In this document: positions 12,901 through 27,370 of the stretch, in pieces
Layout of the letters: the number at the start of each line of letters is the position of its first letter
How positions within the stretch are numbered: position 1 is the stretch's first letter
Source: Paragordius varius
Lineage: Eukaryota > Animalia > Nematomorpha
Direction: 5' to 3'
NCBI GenBank assembly: GCA_964247055.1
Contig: OZ176053.1
Span: 14,074,001-14,138,000 of the forward strand
Length of the DNA: 64,000 bases
Notes under the pieces: generated by a model
The model's database searches: none
What the model saw: the letters and a program-made list of their open reading frames with translations, nothing else
Told to the model about the DNA's origin: nothing
Position numbers and translations under genes: made by a program

Positions 12901-15017
12901 AAAATAAATTTTTTAAATATTTAAAAAATTCATAAAAATTACATTTATACTCCGATCTAGTAAAAAATTTGGGGTGATGATGGAACTACCATAGGCTACC
13001 CAAAAAAATTATGGTGACATCACCTGATCAAATTTGGATTTTAGGTAGCCATTTTTATTTTTAAAATCGTATAAAATAAACTTTTTAAATATTTAAAAAA
13101 TTCATAAAAATTATATTTATACTCCGATCTCGAAAATATTTGGGGTGATGATGGAACTACCATAGAGCTACCCAAAAAAAATTATGGTGACATAACCTGA
13201 TCAAATTTGGATTTTAGGTAGCCATTTTTATTTTTAAAATCGTATAAAATAAATTTTTTAAATATTTAAAAACTTCATAAAAATTACATTTATAGTCCGA
13301 TCCCCAAAATATTTGGGGTGATGATGGAATTACCTTAGGGCTACCCAAAAAAAATTATGGTGACATCACCTGATCAAATTTGGATTTTAAGTAGCCATTT
13401 TTATTTTTAATATCGTATAAAATAAATTTTTTAAATATTTAAAAAATTCATAAAAATTACATTTATACTCCGATCTCGACAATATTTGGGGTGATGATGG
13501 AACTACCATAGGGCTACCCAAAAAAATTATAGTGACATCACCTGATCAAATTTGGATTTTAGGTAGCCATTTTTATTTTTAAAATCGTATAAAATAAATT
13601 TTTTAAATATTTAAAAAATTCATAAAAATTACATTTATACTCCGATCTCGAAAATATTTGGGGTGATGATGGAACTACCATAGGGCTACCCAAAAAAAAT
13701 AATAATGACATCACCTGATCAAATTTGGATTTTAGGTAGCCATTTTTATTTTTAAAATCGTATAAAATAAATTTTTTAAATATTTAAAAAATTCATAAAA
13801 ATTACATTTATACTCCGATCTAGTAAAAAATTTGGGGTGATGATGGAACTACCATAGGCTACCCAAAAAAATTATGGTGACATCACCTGATCAAATTTGG
13901 ATTTTAGGTAGCCATTTTTATTTTTAAAATCGTATAAAATAAACTTTTTAAATATTTAAAAAATTCATAAAAATTATATTTATACTCCGATCTCGACAAT
14001 ATTTGGGGTGATGATGGAATTACCATAGGGCTACCCAAAAAAAATTATGGCGACATCACCTGATCAAATCTGGATTTTAGGTAGCCATTTTTATTTTTAA
14101 AATCGTATAAAATAAATTTTGTAAATATTTAAAAAATTCAAAAAAATTACATTTATACTCCGATCTCGACAATATTTGGGGTGATGATGGAATTACCTTA
14201 GGGCTACCCAAAAAAAATTATGGTGACATCACCTGATCAAATTTGGATTTTAAGTAGCCATTTTTATTTTTAATATCGTATAAAATAAATTTTTTAAATA
14301 TTTAAAAAATTCATAAAAATTACATTTATACTCCGATCTCGACAATATTTGGGGTGATGATGGAACTACCATAGGGCTACCCAAAAAAATTATAGTGACA
14401 TCACCTGATCAAATTTAGATTTTAGGTAGCCATTTTTATTTTTAAAATCGTATAAAATAAATTTTTTAAATATTTAAAAAATTCATAAAAAATACATTTA
14501 TACTCCGATCTCGAAAATATTTGGGGTGATGATGGAACTACCATAGGGCTACCCAAAAAAAATAATAATGACATCACCTGATCAAATTTGGATTTTAGGT
14601 AGCCATTTTTATTTTTAAAATCGTATAAAATAAATTTTTTAAATATTTAAAAACTTCATAAAAATTACATTTATAGTCCGATCCCCAAAATATTTGGGGT
14701 GATGATGGAACTACCATAGGGCTACCCAAAAAAAATTATGGCGACATCACCTGATCAAATTTGGATTTTAGGTAGCCATTTTTATTTTTAAAATCGTATA
14801 AAATAAATTTTTTAAATATTTAAAAAATTCATAAAAATTACATTTAAAGTCCGATCTCGAAAATATTTGGGGTGATGATGGAACTACCATAGGGCTACCC
14901 AAAAAAAATTATGGCGACATCACCTGATCAAATCTGGATTTTAGGTAGCCATTTTTATTTTTAAAATCGTATAAAATAAATTTTTTAAATATTTAAAAAA
15001 TTCAAAAAATTACATTT
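3975..15017 (+). repeat. Irregular large-scale duplication domain (offsets of ~40-45 monomers)
   Basis: Rare markers are shared: GTGATGAAGG at 4001 and 11765 (offset 7764) and ATTTAGAT at 7511 and 14413 (offset 6902). The surrounding monomer order is conserved apart from whole-monomer gains and losses. Confidence 0.75.
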
Positions 15018-16052
15018 ATTCTCCGATCTCGACAATATTTGGGTTGATGATGGAACTACCATAGGGCTACCCAAAAAAATAATAATGACATCACCTGATC
15101 AAATTTGGATTTTAGGTAGCCATTTTTATTTTTAAAATCGTATAAAATAAATTTTTTAAATATTTAAAAAATTCATAAAAATTACATTTATACTCCGATC
15201 TCGAAAATATTTGGGGTGATGATGGAACTACCATAGGCTACCCAAAAAAATTATGGTGACATCGCCTGATCAAATTTGGATTTTAGGTAGCCATTTTTAT
15301 TTTTAAAATCGTATAAAATAAACTTTTTAAATATTTAAAAAATTCATAAAAATTATATTTATACTCCGATCCCCAAAATATTTGGGGTGATGATGGAACT
15401 ACCATAGGGCTACCCAAAAAAAATTATGGCGACATCACCTGATCAAATTTGGATTTTAGGTAGCCATTTTTATTTTTAAAATCGTATAAAATAAATTTTT
15501 TAAATATTTAAAAAATTCATAAAAATTACATTTATACTCCGATCTCGACAATATTTGGGGTGATGATGGAACTACCATAGGGCTACCCAAAAAAAATTAT
15601 GGTGACATCACCTGATCAAATTTGGATTTTAGGTAGCCATTTTTATTTTTAAAATCGTATAAAATAAATTTTTTAAATATTTAAAAAATTCATAAAAATT
15701 ACATTTATACTCCGATCTCGACAATATTTGGGGTGATGATGGAACTACCATAGGGCTACCCAAAAAAAATTATGGTGACATCACCTGATCAAATTTGGAT
15801 TTTAGGTAGCCATTTTTATTTTTAAAATCGTATAAAATAAATTTTTTAAATATTTAAAAAATTCATAAAAATTACATTTATACTCCGATCTCGAAAATAT
15901 TTGGGGTGATGATGGAACTACCATAGGGCTACCCAAAAAAAATTATGGTGACATCACCTGATCAAATTTGGATTTTAGGTAGCCATTTTTATTTTTAAAA
16001 TCGTATAAAATAAATTTTTTAAATATTTAAAAAATTCATAAAAATTACATTT

Positions 16053-18814
16053 ATACTCCGATCTCGAAAATATTTGGGGTGATGATGGAACTACCATAGG
16101 CTACCCAAAAAAATTATGGTGACATCACCTGATCAAATTTGGATTTTAGGTAGCCATTTTTATTTTTAAAATCGTATAAAATAAATTTTTTAAATATTTA
16201 AAAAATTCATAAAAATTACATTTATACTCCGATCTCGACAATATTTGGGGTGATGATGGAACTACCATAGGGCTACCCAAAAAAAATTATGGTGACATCA
16301 CCTGATCAAATTTGGATTTTAGGTAGCCATTTTTATTTTTAAAATCGTATAAAATAAATTTCTTAAATATTTAAAAAATTCATAAAAATTACATTTATAC
16401 TCCGATCTCGAAAATATTTGGGGTGATGATGGAACTACCATAGGGCTACCCAAAAAAAATTATGGTGACATCACCTGATCAGATTTGGATTTTAGGTAGC
16501 CATTTTTATTTTTAATATCGTATAAAATAAATTTTTTAAATATTTAAAAAATTCATAAAAATTACATTTATACTCCGATCTCGACAATATTTGGGGTGAT
16601 GATGGAACTACCATAGGACTACCCAAAAAAAATTATGGTGACATCACCTGATCAAATTTGGATTTTATGTAGCCATTTTTATTTTTAAAATCGTATAAAA
16701 TAAATTTTTTAAATATTTAAAAAATTCATAAAAATTACATTTATACTCCGATCCGCAAAATATTTGGGGTGATGATGGAACTACCATAGGGCTACCCAAA
16801 AAAAATAATAATGACATCACCTGATCAAATTTGGATTTTAGGTAGCCATTTTTATTTTTAAAATCGTATAAAATAAATTTTTTAAATATTTAAAAAATTC
16901 ATAAAAATTACATTTATACTCCGATCTAGTAAAAAATTTGGGGTGATGATGGAACTACCATAGGCTACCCAAAAAAATTATGGTGACATCACCTGATCAA
17001 ATTTGGATTTTAGGTAGCCATTTTTATTTTTAAAATCGTATAAAATAAACTTTTTAAATATTTAAAAAATTCATAAAAATTATATTTATACTCCGATCTC
17101 GACAATATTTGGGGTGATGATGGAATTACCATAGGGCTACCCAAAAAAAATTATGGCGACATCACCTGATCAAATCTGGATTTTAGGTAGCCATTTTTAT
17201 TTTTAAAATCGTATAAAATAAATTTTTTAAATATTTAAAAAATTCATAAAAATTACATTTATACTCCGATCTCGACAATATTTGGGGTGATGATGGAACT
17301 ACCATAGGGCTACCCAAAAAAAATTATGGTGACATCACCTGATCAAATTTGGATTTTAGGTAGCCATTTTTATTTTTAAAATCGTATAAAATAAATTTTT
17401 TAAATATTTAAAAAATTCATAAAAATTACATTTATACTCCGATCTCGACAATATTTGGGGTGATGATGGAACTACCATAGGGCTACCCAAAAAAAATTAT
17501 GGTGACATCACCTGATCAAATTTGGATTTTAGGTAGCCATTTTTATTTTTAAAATCGTATAAAATAAATTTTTTAAATATTTAAAAAATTCATAAAAATT
17601 ACATTTATACTCCGATCTCGACAATATTTGGGGTGATGATGGAACTACCATAGGGCTACCCAAAAAAAATTATGGTGACATCACCTGATCAAATTTGGAT
17701 TTTAGGTAGCCATTTTTATTTTTAAAATCGTATAAAATAAATTTTTTAAATATTTAAAAAATTCATAAAAATTACATTTATACTCCGATCCGCAAAATAT
17801 TTGGGGTGATGATGGAACTACCATAGGGCTACCCAAAAAAAATTATGGTGACATCACCTGATCAAATTTGGATTTTAGGTAGCCATTTTTATTTTTAAAA
17901 TCGTATAAAATAAATTTTTTAAATATTTAAAAAATTCATAAAAATTACATTTATACTCCGATCTCGAAAATATTTGGGGTGATGATGGAACTACCATAGG
18001 CTACCCAAAAAAATTATGGTGACATCACCTGATCAAATTTGGATTTTAGGTAGCCATTTTTATTTTTAAAATCGTATAAAATAAATTTTTTAAATATTTA
18101 AAAAATTCATAAAAATTATATTTATACTCCGATCTCGAAAATATTTGGGGTGATGATGGAACTACCATAGGGCTACCCAAAAAAAATTATGGTGACATCA
18201 CCTGATCAAATTTGGATTTTAGGTAGCCATTTTTATTTTTAAAATCGTATAAAATAAATTTCTTAAATATTTAAAAAATTCATAAAAATTACATTTATAC
18301 TCCGATCTCGAAAATATTTGGGGTGATGATGGAACTACCATAGGGCTACCCAAAAAAAATTATGGTGACATCACCTGATCAGATTTGGATTTTAGGTAGC
18401 CATTTTTATTTTTAATATCGTATAAAATAAATTTTTTAAATATTTAAAAAATTCATAAAAATTACATTTATACTCCGATCTCGACAATATTTGGGGTGAT
18501 GATGGAACTACCATAGGGCTACCCAAAAAAAATTATGGTGACATCACCTGATCAAATTTGGATTTTATGTAGCCATTTTTATTTTTAAAATCGTATAAAA
18601 TAAATTTTTTAAATATTTAAAAAATTCATAAAAATTACATTTATACTCCGATCCGCAAAATATTTGGGGTGATGATGGAACTACCATAGGGCTACCCAAA
18701 AAAATTATGGCGACATCACCTGATCAAATTTGGATTTTAGGTAGCCATTTTTATTTTTAAAATCGTATAAAATAAATTTTTTAAATATTTAAAAAATTCA
18801 TAAAAATTACATTT
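16053..18814 (+). repeat. Monomer cassette duplicated at an 11-monomer (1900-bp) offset
   Basis: TCTT at 16361/18261, GATTTTATGT at 16661/18561 and ATCCGCAAAA at 16751/18651 are all offset by 1900. Confidence 0.8.
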
Positions 18815-18956
18815 ATAGTCCGATCCCCAAAATATTTGAGGTGATGATGGGACTACCATAGGGAGATCAAATTTGGATTTTAGGCAGCCATTTTTATTTT
18901 TAATATCGTATAAAATAAATTTTTTAAATATTTAAAAAATTCAAAAAATTACATTT
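18815..18956 (+). repeat. Internally deleted 142-bp monomer (copy 1)
   Basis: ATAGGGAGATCAAA replaces ATAGGG-[31 nt]-GATCAAA, a net loss of 30 nt, plus a 1-nt shorter A tract. It also carries TTTGAGGTG, GGGACT and GGCAGCC. Confidence 0.92.
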
Positions 18957-20158
18957 ATACTCCGATCTCGAAAATATTTGGGGTGATGATGGAACTACCA
19001 TAGGGCTACCCAAAAAAATTATGGTGACATCACCTGATCAAATTTGGATTTTAAGTAGCCATTTTTATTTTTAATATCGTATAAAATAAATTTTTTAAAT
19101 ATTTAAAAAATTCATAAAAATTACATTTATACTCCGATCTCGACAATATTTGGGGTGATGATGGAACTACCATGGGGCTACCCAAAAAAATTATAGTGAC
19201 ATCACCTGATCAAATTTGGATTTTAGGTAGCCATTTTTATTTTTAAAATCGTATAAAATAAATTTTTTAAATATTTAAAAAATTCAAAAAATTACATTTA
19301 TACTCCGATCTCGACAATATTTGGGGTGATGATGGAATTACCATAGGGCTACCCAAAAAAAATTATGGTGACATCACCTGATCAAATTTGGATTTTAGGT
19401 AGCCATTTTTATTTTTAAAATCGTATAAAATAAATTTTTTAAATATTTAAAAAATTCAAAAAAATTACATTTATACTCCGATCTCGACAATATTTGGGGT
19501 GATGATGGAACTACCATAGGGCTACCCAAAAAAATTATAGTGACATCACCTGATCAAATTTGGATTTTAGGTAGCCATTTTTATTTTTAAAATCGTATAA
19601 AATAAATTTTTTAAATATTTAAAAAATTCATAAAAATTACATTTATACTCCGATCTCGAAAATATTTGGGGTGATGATGGAACTACCATAGGGCTACCCA
19701 AAAAAATAATAATGACATCACCTGATCAAATTTGGTTTTAGGTAGCCATTTTTATTTTTAAAATCGTATAAAATAAATTTTTTAAATATTTAAAAAATTC
19801 ATAAAAATTACATTTATACTCCGATCTCGAAAATATTTGGGGTGATGATGGAACTACCATAGGCTACCCAAAAAAATTATGGTGACATCGCCTGATCAAA
19901 TTTGGATTTTAGGTAGCCATTTTTATTTTTAAAATCGTATAAAATAAATTTTTTAAATATTTAAAAAATTCATAAAAATTACATTTATACTCCGATCCGC
20001 AAAATATTTGGGGTGATGATGGAACTACCATAGGGCTACCCAAAAAAATTATGGCGACATCACCTGATCAAATTTGGATTTTAGGTAGCCATTTTTATTT
20101 TTAAAATCGTATAAAATAAATTTTTTAAATATTTAAAAAATTCATAAAAATTACATTT

Positions 20159-20300
20159 ATAGTCCGATCCCCAAAATATTTGAGGTGATGATGGGACTAC
20201 CATAGGGAGATCAAATTTGGATTTTAGGCAGCCATTTTTATTTTTAATATCGTATAAAATAAATTTTTTAAATATTTAAAAAATTCAAAAAATTACATTT
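20159..20300 (+). repeat. Internally deleted 142-bp monomer (copy 2)
   Basis: Same deletion junction and same substitutions as the monomer at 18815. Confidence 0.92.
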
Positions 20301-21680
20301 ATACTCCGATCTCGAAAATATTTGGGGTGATGATGGAACTACCATAGGGCTACCCAAAAAAATTATGGTGACATCACATGATCAAATTTGGATTTTAGGT
20401 AGCCATTTTTATTTTTAAAATCGTATAAAATAAATTTTTTAAATATTTAAAAAATTCATAAAAATTACATTTATACTCCGATCTCGAAAATATTTGGGGT
20501 GATGATGGAACTACCATAGGGCTACCCAAAAAAAATAATAATGACATCACCTGATCAAATTTGGATTTTAGGTAGCCATTTTTATTTTTAAAATCGTATA
20601 AAATAAACTTTTTAAATATTTAAAAAATTCATAAAAATTATATTTATACTCCGATCTCGAAAATATTTGGGGTGATGATGGAACTACCATAGAGCTACCC
20701 AAAAAAAATTATGGTGACATAACCTGATCAAATTTGGATTTTAGGTAGCCATTTTTATTTTTAAAATCGTATAAAATAAATTTTTTAAATATTTAAAAAC
20801 TTCATAAAAATTACATTTATAGTCCGATCCCCAAAATATTTGGGGTGATGATGGAACTACCATAGGGCTACCCAAAAAAAATTATGGCGACATCACCTGA
20901 TCAAATTTGGATTTTAGGTAGCCATTTTTATTTTTAAAATCGCATAAAATAAATTTTTTAAATATTTAAAAAATTCATAAAAATTACATTTAAAGTCCGA
21001 TCTCGAAAATATTTGGGGTGATGATGGAACTACCATAGGGCTACCCAAAAAAAATTATGGCGACATCACCTGATCAAATCTGGATTTTAGGTAGCCATTT
21101 TTATTTTTAAAATCGTATAAAATAAATTTTTTAAATATTTAAAAAATTCAAAAAATTACATTTATACTCCGATCTCGACAATATTTGGGGTGATGATGGA
21201 ATTACCATAGGGCTACCCAAAAATAATTATGGCGACATCACCTGATCAAATCTGGATTTTAGGTAGCCATTTTTATTTTTAAAATCGTATAAAATAAATT
21301 TTTTAAATATTTAAAAAATTCAAAAAAATTACATTTATACTCCGATCTCGACAATATTTGGGGTGATGATGGAACTACCATAGGGCTACCCAAAAAAATT
21401 ATAGTGACATCACCTGATCAAATTTGGATTTTAGGTAGCCATTTTTATTTTTAAAATCGTATAAAATAAATTTTTTAAATATTTAAAAAATTCATAAAAA
21501 TTACATTTATACTCCGATCTCGAAAATATTTGGGGTGATGATGGAAATACCATAGGGCTACCCAAAAAAATAATAATGACATCACCTGATCAAATTTGGA
21601 TTTTAGGTAGCCATTTTTATTTTTAAAATCGTATAAAATAAATTTTTTAAATATTTAAAAAATTCATAAAAATTACATTT

Positions 21681-23235
21681 ATACTCCGATCTCGAAAATA
21701 TTTGGGGTGATGATGGAACTACCATAGGCTACCCAAAAAAATTATGGTGACATCGCCTGATCAAATTTGGATTTTAGGTAGCCATTTTTATTTTTAAAAT
21801 CGTATAAAATAAACTTTTTAAATATTTAAAAAATTCATAAAAATTATATTTATACTCCGATCTCGAAAATATTTGGGGTGATGATGGAACTACCATAGAG
21901 CTACCCAAAAAAAATTATGGTGACATAACCTGATCAAATTTGGATTTTAGGTAGCCATTTTTATTTTTAAAATCGTATAAAATAAATTTTTTAAATATTT
22001 AAAAACTTCATAAAAATTACATTTATAGTCCGATCCCCAAAATATTTGGGGTGATGATGGAACTACCATAGGGCTACCCAAAAAAAATTATGGCGACATC
22101 ACCTGATCAAATTTGGATTTTAGGTAGCCATTTTTATTTTTAAAATCGTATAAAATAAATTTTTTAAATATTTAAAAAATTCATAAAAATTACATTTATA
22201 CTCCGATCTCGACAATATTTGGGGTGATGATGGAACTACCATAGGGCTACCCAAAAAAAATTATGGTGACATCACCTGATCAAATTTGGATTTTAGGTAG
22301 CCATTTTTATTTTTAAAATCGTATAAAATAAACTTTTTAAATATTTAAAAAATTCATAAAAATTATATTTATACTCCGATCTCGAAAATATTTGGGGTGA
22401 TGATGGAACTACCATAGAGCTACCCAAAAAAAATTATGGTGACATAACCTGATCAAATTTGGATTTTAGGTAGCCATTTTTATTTTTAAAATCGTATAAA
22501 ATAAATTTTTTAAATATTTAAAAACTTCATAAAAATTACATTTATAGTCCGATCCCCAAAATATTTGGGGTGATGATGGAACTACCATAGGGCTACCCAA
22601 AAAAAATTATGGCGACATCACCTGATCAAATTTGGATTTTAGGTAGCCATTTTTATTTTTAAAATCGTATAAAATAAATTTTTTAAATATTTAAAAAATT
22701 CATAAAAATTACATTTATACTCCGATCTCGACAATATTTGGGGTGATGATGGAACTACCATAGGGCTACCCAAAAAAAATTATGGTGACATCACCTGATC
22801 AAATTTGGATTTTAGGTAGCCATTTTTATTTTTAAAATCGTATAAAATAAACTTTTAAAATATTTAAAAAATTCATAAAAATTATATTTATACTCCGATC
22901 TCGAAAATATTTGGGGTGATGATGGAACTACCATAGAGCTACCCAAAAAAAATTATGGTGACATAACCTGATCAAATTTGGATTTTAGGTAGCCATTTTT
23001 ATTTTTAAAATCGTATAAAATAAATTTTTTAAATATTTAAAAACTTCATAAAAATTACATTTATAGTCCGATCCCCAAAATATTTGGGGTGATGATGGAA
23101 CTACCATAGGGCTACCCAAAAAAAATTATGGCGACATCACCTGATCAAATTTGGATTTTAGGTAGCCATTTTTATTTTTAAAATCGTATAAAATAAATTT
23201 TTTAAATATTTAAAAAATTCATAAAAATTACATTT
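21681..23235 (+). repeat. Trimeric HOR, 519-bp unit x3
   Basis: ATAGTCCGATCCCC monomer starts at 22025, 22544 and 23063 (spacing 519 = 3x173). Each is preceded by an AGAGC/ATAACC/AAAACTT monomer and an AAACTTTT/TTATATT monomer. Confidence 0.9.
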
Positions 23236-26200
23236 ATACTCCGATCTCGACAATATTTGGGGTGATGATGGAACTACCATAGGGCTACCCAAAAAAAATT
23301 ATGGTGACATCACCTGATCAAATTTGGATTTTAGGTAGCCATTTTTATTTTTAAAATCGTATAAAATAAATTTTTTAAATATTTAAAAAATTCATAAAAA
23401 TTACATTTATACTCCGATCTCGAAAATATTTGGGGTGATGATGGAACTACCATAGGGCTACCCAAAAAAAATTATGGTGACATCACCTGATCAAATTTGG
23501 ATTTTAGGTAGCCATTTTTATTTTTAAAATCGTATAAAATAAATTTTTTAAATATTTAAAAAATTCATAAAAATTACATTTATACTCCGATCTCGAAAAT
23601 ATTTGGGGTGATGATGGAACTACCATAGGCTACCCAAAAAAATTATGGTGACATCACCTGATCAAATTTGGATTTTAGGTAGCCATTTTTATTTTTAAAA
23701 TCGTATAAAATAAATTTTTTAAATATTTAAAAAATTCATAAAAATTATATTTATACTCCGATCTCGAAAATATTTGGGGTGATGATGGAACTACCATAGG
23801 GCTACCCAAAAAAAATTATGGTGACATCACCTGATCAAATTTGGATTTTGGGTAGCCATTTTTATTTTTAAAATCGTATAAAATAAATTTCTTAAATATT
23901 TAAAAAATTCATAAAAATTACATTTATACTCCGATCTCGAAAATATTTGGGGTGATGATGGAACTACCATAGGGCTACCCCAAAAAAATTATGGTGACAT
24001 CACCTGATCAGATTTGGATTTTAGGTAGCCATTTTTATTTTTAATATCGTATAAAATAAATTTTTTAAATATTTAAAAAATTCAAAAAAATTACATTTAT
24101 ACTCCGATCTCGACAATATTTGGGGTGATGATGGAACTACCATAGGGCTACCCAAAAAAAAGACATCACCTGATCAAATTTGGATTTTAGGCAGCCATTT
24201 TTATTTTTAATATCGTATAAAATAAATTTTTTAAATATTTAAAAAATTCAAAAAATTACATTTATACTCCGATCTCGAAAATATTTGGGGTGATGATGGA
24301 ACTACCATAGGGCTACCCAAAAAAATTATGGTGACATCACCTGATCAAATTTGGATTTTAGGTAGCCATTTTTATTTTTAAAATCGTATAAAATAAATTT
24401 TTTAAATATTTAAAAAATTCATAAAAATTACATTTATACTCCGATCTCGAAAATATTTGGGGTGATGATGGAACTACCATAGGGCTACCCAAAAAAAATT
24501 ATGGCGACATCACCTGATCAAATTTGGATTTTAGGAAGCCATTTTTATTTTTAAAATCGTATAAAATAAATTTTTTAAATATTTAAAAAATTCATAAAAA
24601 TTACATTTATAGTCCGATCCCCAAAATATTTGGGGTGATGATGGAACTACCATAGGGCTACCCAAAATAAATTATGGTGACATCACCTGATCAAATTTGG
24701 ATTTTAGGTAGCCATTTTTATTTTTAAAATCGTATAAAATAAATTTTTTAAATATTTAAAAAATTCATAACAACTACATTTAAAGTCCGATCTCAAAAAT
24801 ATTTGGGGTTATGATGGAACTATTATAGGGCTACCCAAAAAAAATTATGGCGACATCACCTGATCAAATCTGGATTTTAGGTAGCCATTTTTATTTTTAA
24901 AATCGTATAAAATAAATTTTTTAAATATTTAAAAAATTCAAAAAAATTACATTTATACTCCGATCTCGACAATATTTGGGGTGATGATGGAACTACCATA
25001 GGACTACGCAAAAAAAATTATGGCGACATCACCTGATCAAATTGGATTTTAGGTAGCCATTTTTATTTTTAAAATCGTATAAAATAAATTTTTTAAATAT
25101 TTAAAAAATTCATAAAAACTACATTTAAAGTCCGATCTCAAAAATATTTGGGGTTATGATGGAACTATTATAGGGCTACCCAAAAAAAATTATGGCGACA
25201 TCACCTGATCAAATATGGATTTTAGGTAGCCATTTTTATTTTTAAAATCGTATAAAATAAATTTTTTAAATATTTAAAAAATTCATAAAAATTACATTTA
25301 TACTCCGATCTCGAAAATATTTGGGGTGATGATGGAACTACCATAGGGCTACCCAAAAAAAATTATGGTGACATCACTTGATCAAATTTGGATTTTAGGT
25401 AGCCATTTTTATATTTAAAATCGTATAAAATAAATTTTTTAAATATTTAAAAAATTCAAAAAAATTACATTTATACTCCGATCTCGACAATATTTGGGGT
25501 GATGATGGAACTACCATAGGGCTACGCAAAAAAAATTATGGTGACATCACCTGATCAAATTTGGATTTTAGGTAGCCATTTTTTTTTTTAAAATCGTATA
25601 AAATAAATTTTTTAATATTTAAAAAATTCATAAAAACTACATTTAAAGTCCGATCTCAAAAATATTTGGGGTTATGATGGAACTACCATAGGGCTACCCA
25701 AAAAAAATTATGGCGACATCACCTGATCAAATTTGGATTTTAGGTAGCCATTTTTATTTTTAATATCGTATAAAATAAATTTCTTAAATATTTAAAAATT
25801 CATAAAAATTACATTTATACTCCGATCTCGACAATATTTGGGGTGATGATGGAACTACCATAGGGCTACCCAAAAAAAATTATGGTGACATCACCTGATC
25901 AAATTTGGATTTTAGGTAGCCATTTTTATTTTTAAAATCGTATAAAATAAATTTTTTAAATATTTAAAAAATTCATAAAAATTACATTTATACTCCGATC
26001 TCGAAAATATTTGGGGTGATGATGGAACTACCATAGGGCTACCCAAAAAAAATTATGGTGACATCACCTGATCAAATTTGGATTTTAGGAAGCCATTTTT
26101 ATTTTTAAGATCGTATAAAATAAATTTTTTAAATATTTAAAAAATTCATAAAAATTACATTTATACTCCGATCTCGAAAATATTTGGGGTGATGATGGAA

Positions 26201-27370
26201 CTACCATAGGGCTACCCAAAAAAAATTATGGTGACATCACCTGATCAAATTTGGATTTTAGGTAGCCATTTTTATTTTTAAAATCGTATAAAATAAATTT
26301 TTTAAATATTTAAAAAATTCATAAAAATTACATTTATACTCCGATCTCGAAAATATTTGGGGTGATGATGGAATTACCATAGGGCTACCCAAAAAAAATT
26401 ATGGTGACATCACCTGATCAAATTTGGATTTTAGGTAGCCATTTTTATTTTTAAAATCGTATAAAATAAATTTTTTAAATATTTAAAAAATTCATAAAAA
26501 TTACATTTATACTCCGATCTCGAAAATATTTGGGGTGATGATGGAACTACCATAGGGCTACCCAAAAAAAATTATGGCGACATCACCTGATCAAATTTGG
26601 ATTTTAGGTAGCCATTTTTATTTTTAAAATCGTATAAAATAAATTTTTTAAATATTTAAAAAATTCATAAAAATTATATTTATACTCCGATCTCGAAAAT
26701 ATTTGGGGTGATGATGGAACTACCATAGGGCTACCCAAAAAAAATTATGGTGACATCACCTGATCAAATTTGGATTTTAGGTAGCCATTTTTATTGTTAA
26801 AATCGTATAAAATAAATTTCTTAAATATTTAAAAAATTCATAAAAATTACATTTATACTCCGATCTCGAAAATATTTGGGGTGATGATGGAACTACCATA
26901 GGGCTACCCAAAAAAATTATGGTGACATCACCTGATCAGATTTGGATTTTAGGTAGCCATTTTTATTTTTAATATCGTATAAAATAAATTTTTTAAATAT
27001 TTAAAAAATTCATAAAAATTACATTTATACTCCGATCTCGACAATATTTGGGGTGATGATGGAACTACCATAGGCTACCCAAAAAAATTATGGTGACATC
27101 ACCTGATCAAATTTGGATTTTAGGTAGCCATTTTTATTTTTAAAATCGTATAAAATAAATTTTTTAAATATTTAAAAAATTCATAAAAATTATATTTATA
27201 CTCCGATCTCGAAAATATTTGGGGTGATGATGGAACTACCATAGGGCTACCCAAAAAAAATTATGGTGACATCACCTGATCAAATTTGGATTTTAGGTAG
27301 CCATTTTTATTTTTAAAATCGTATAAAATAAATTTCTTAAATATTTAAAAAATTCATAAAAATTACATTT

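Noticed and set aside
20373-20380. ATCACATG matching budding-yeast CDEI (RTCACRTG) upstream of a >90% AT segment resembling CDEII
   Set aside because: The perfect match is a single-monomer variant (consensus ATCACCTG), the spacing to the AT module is wrong, and there is no CDEIII. Treated as coincidence.
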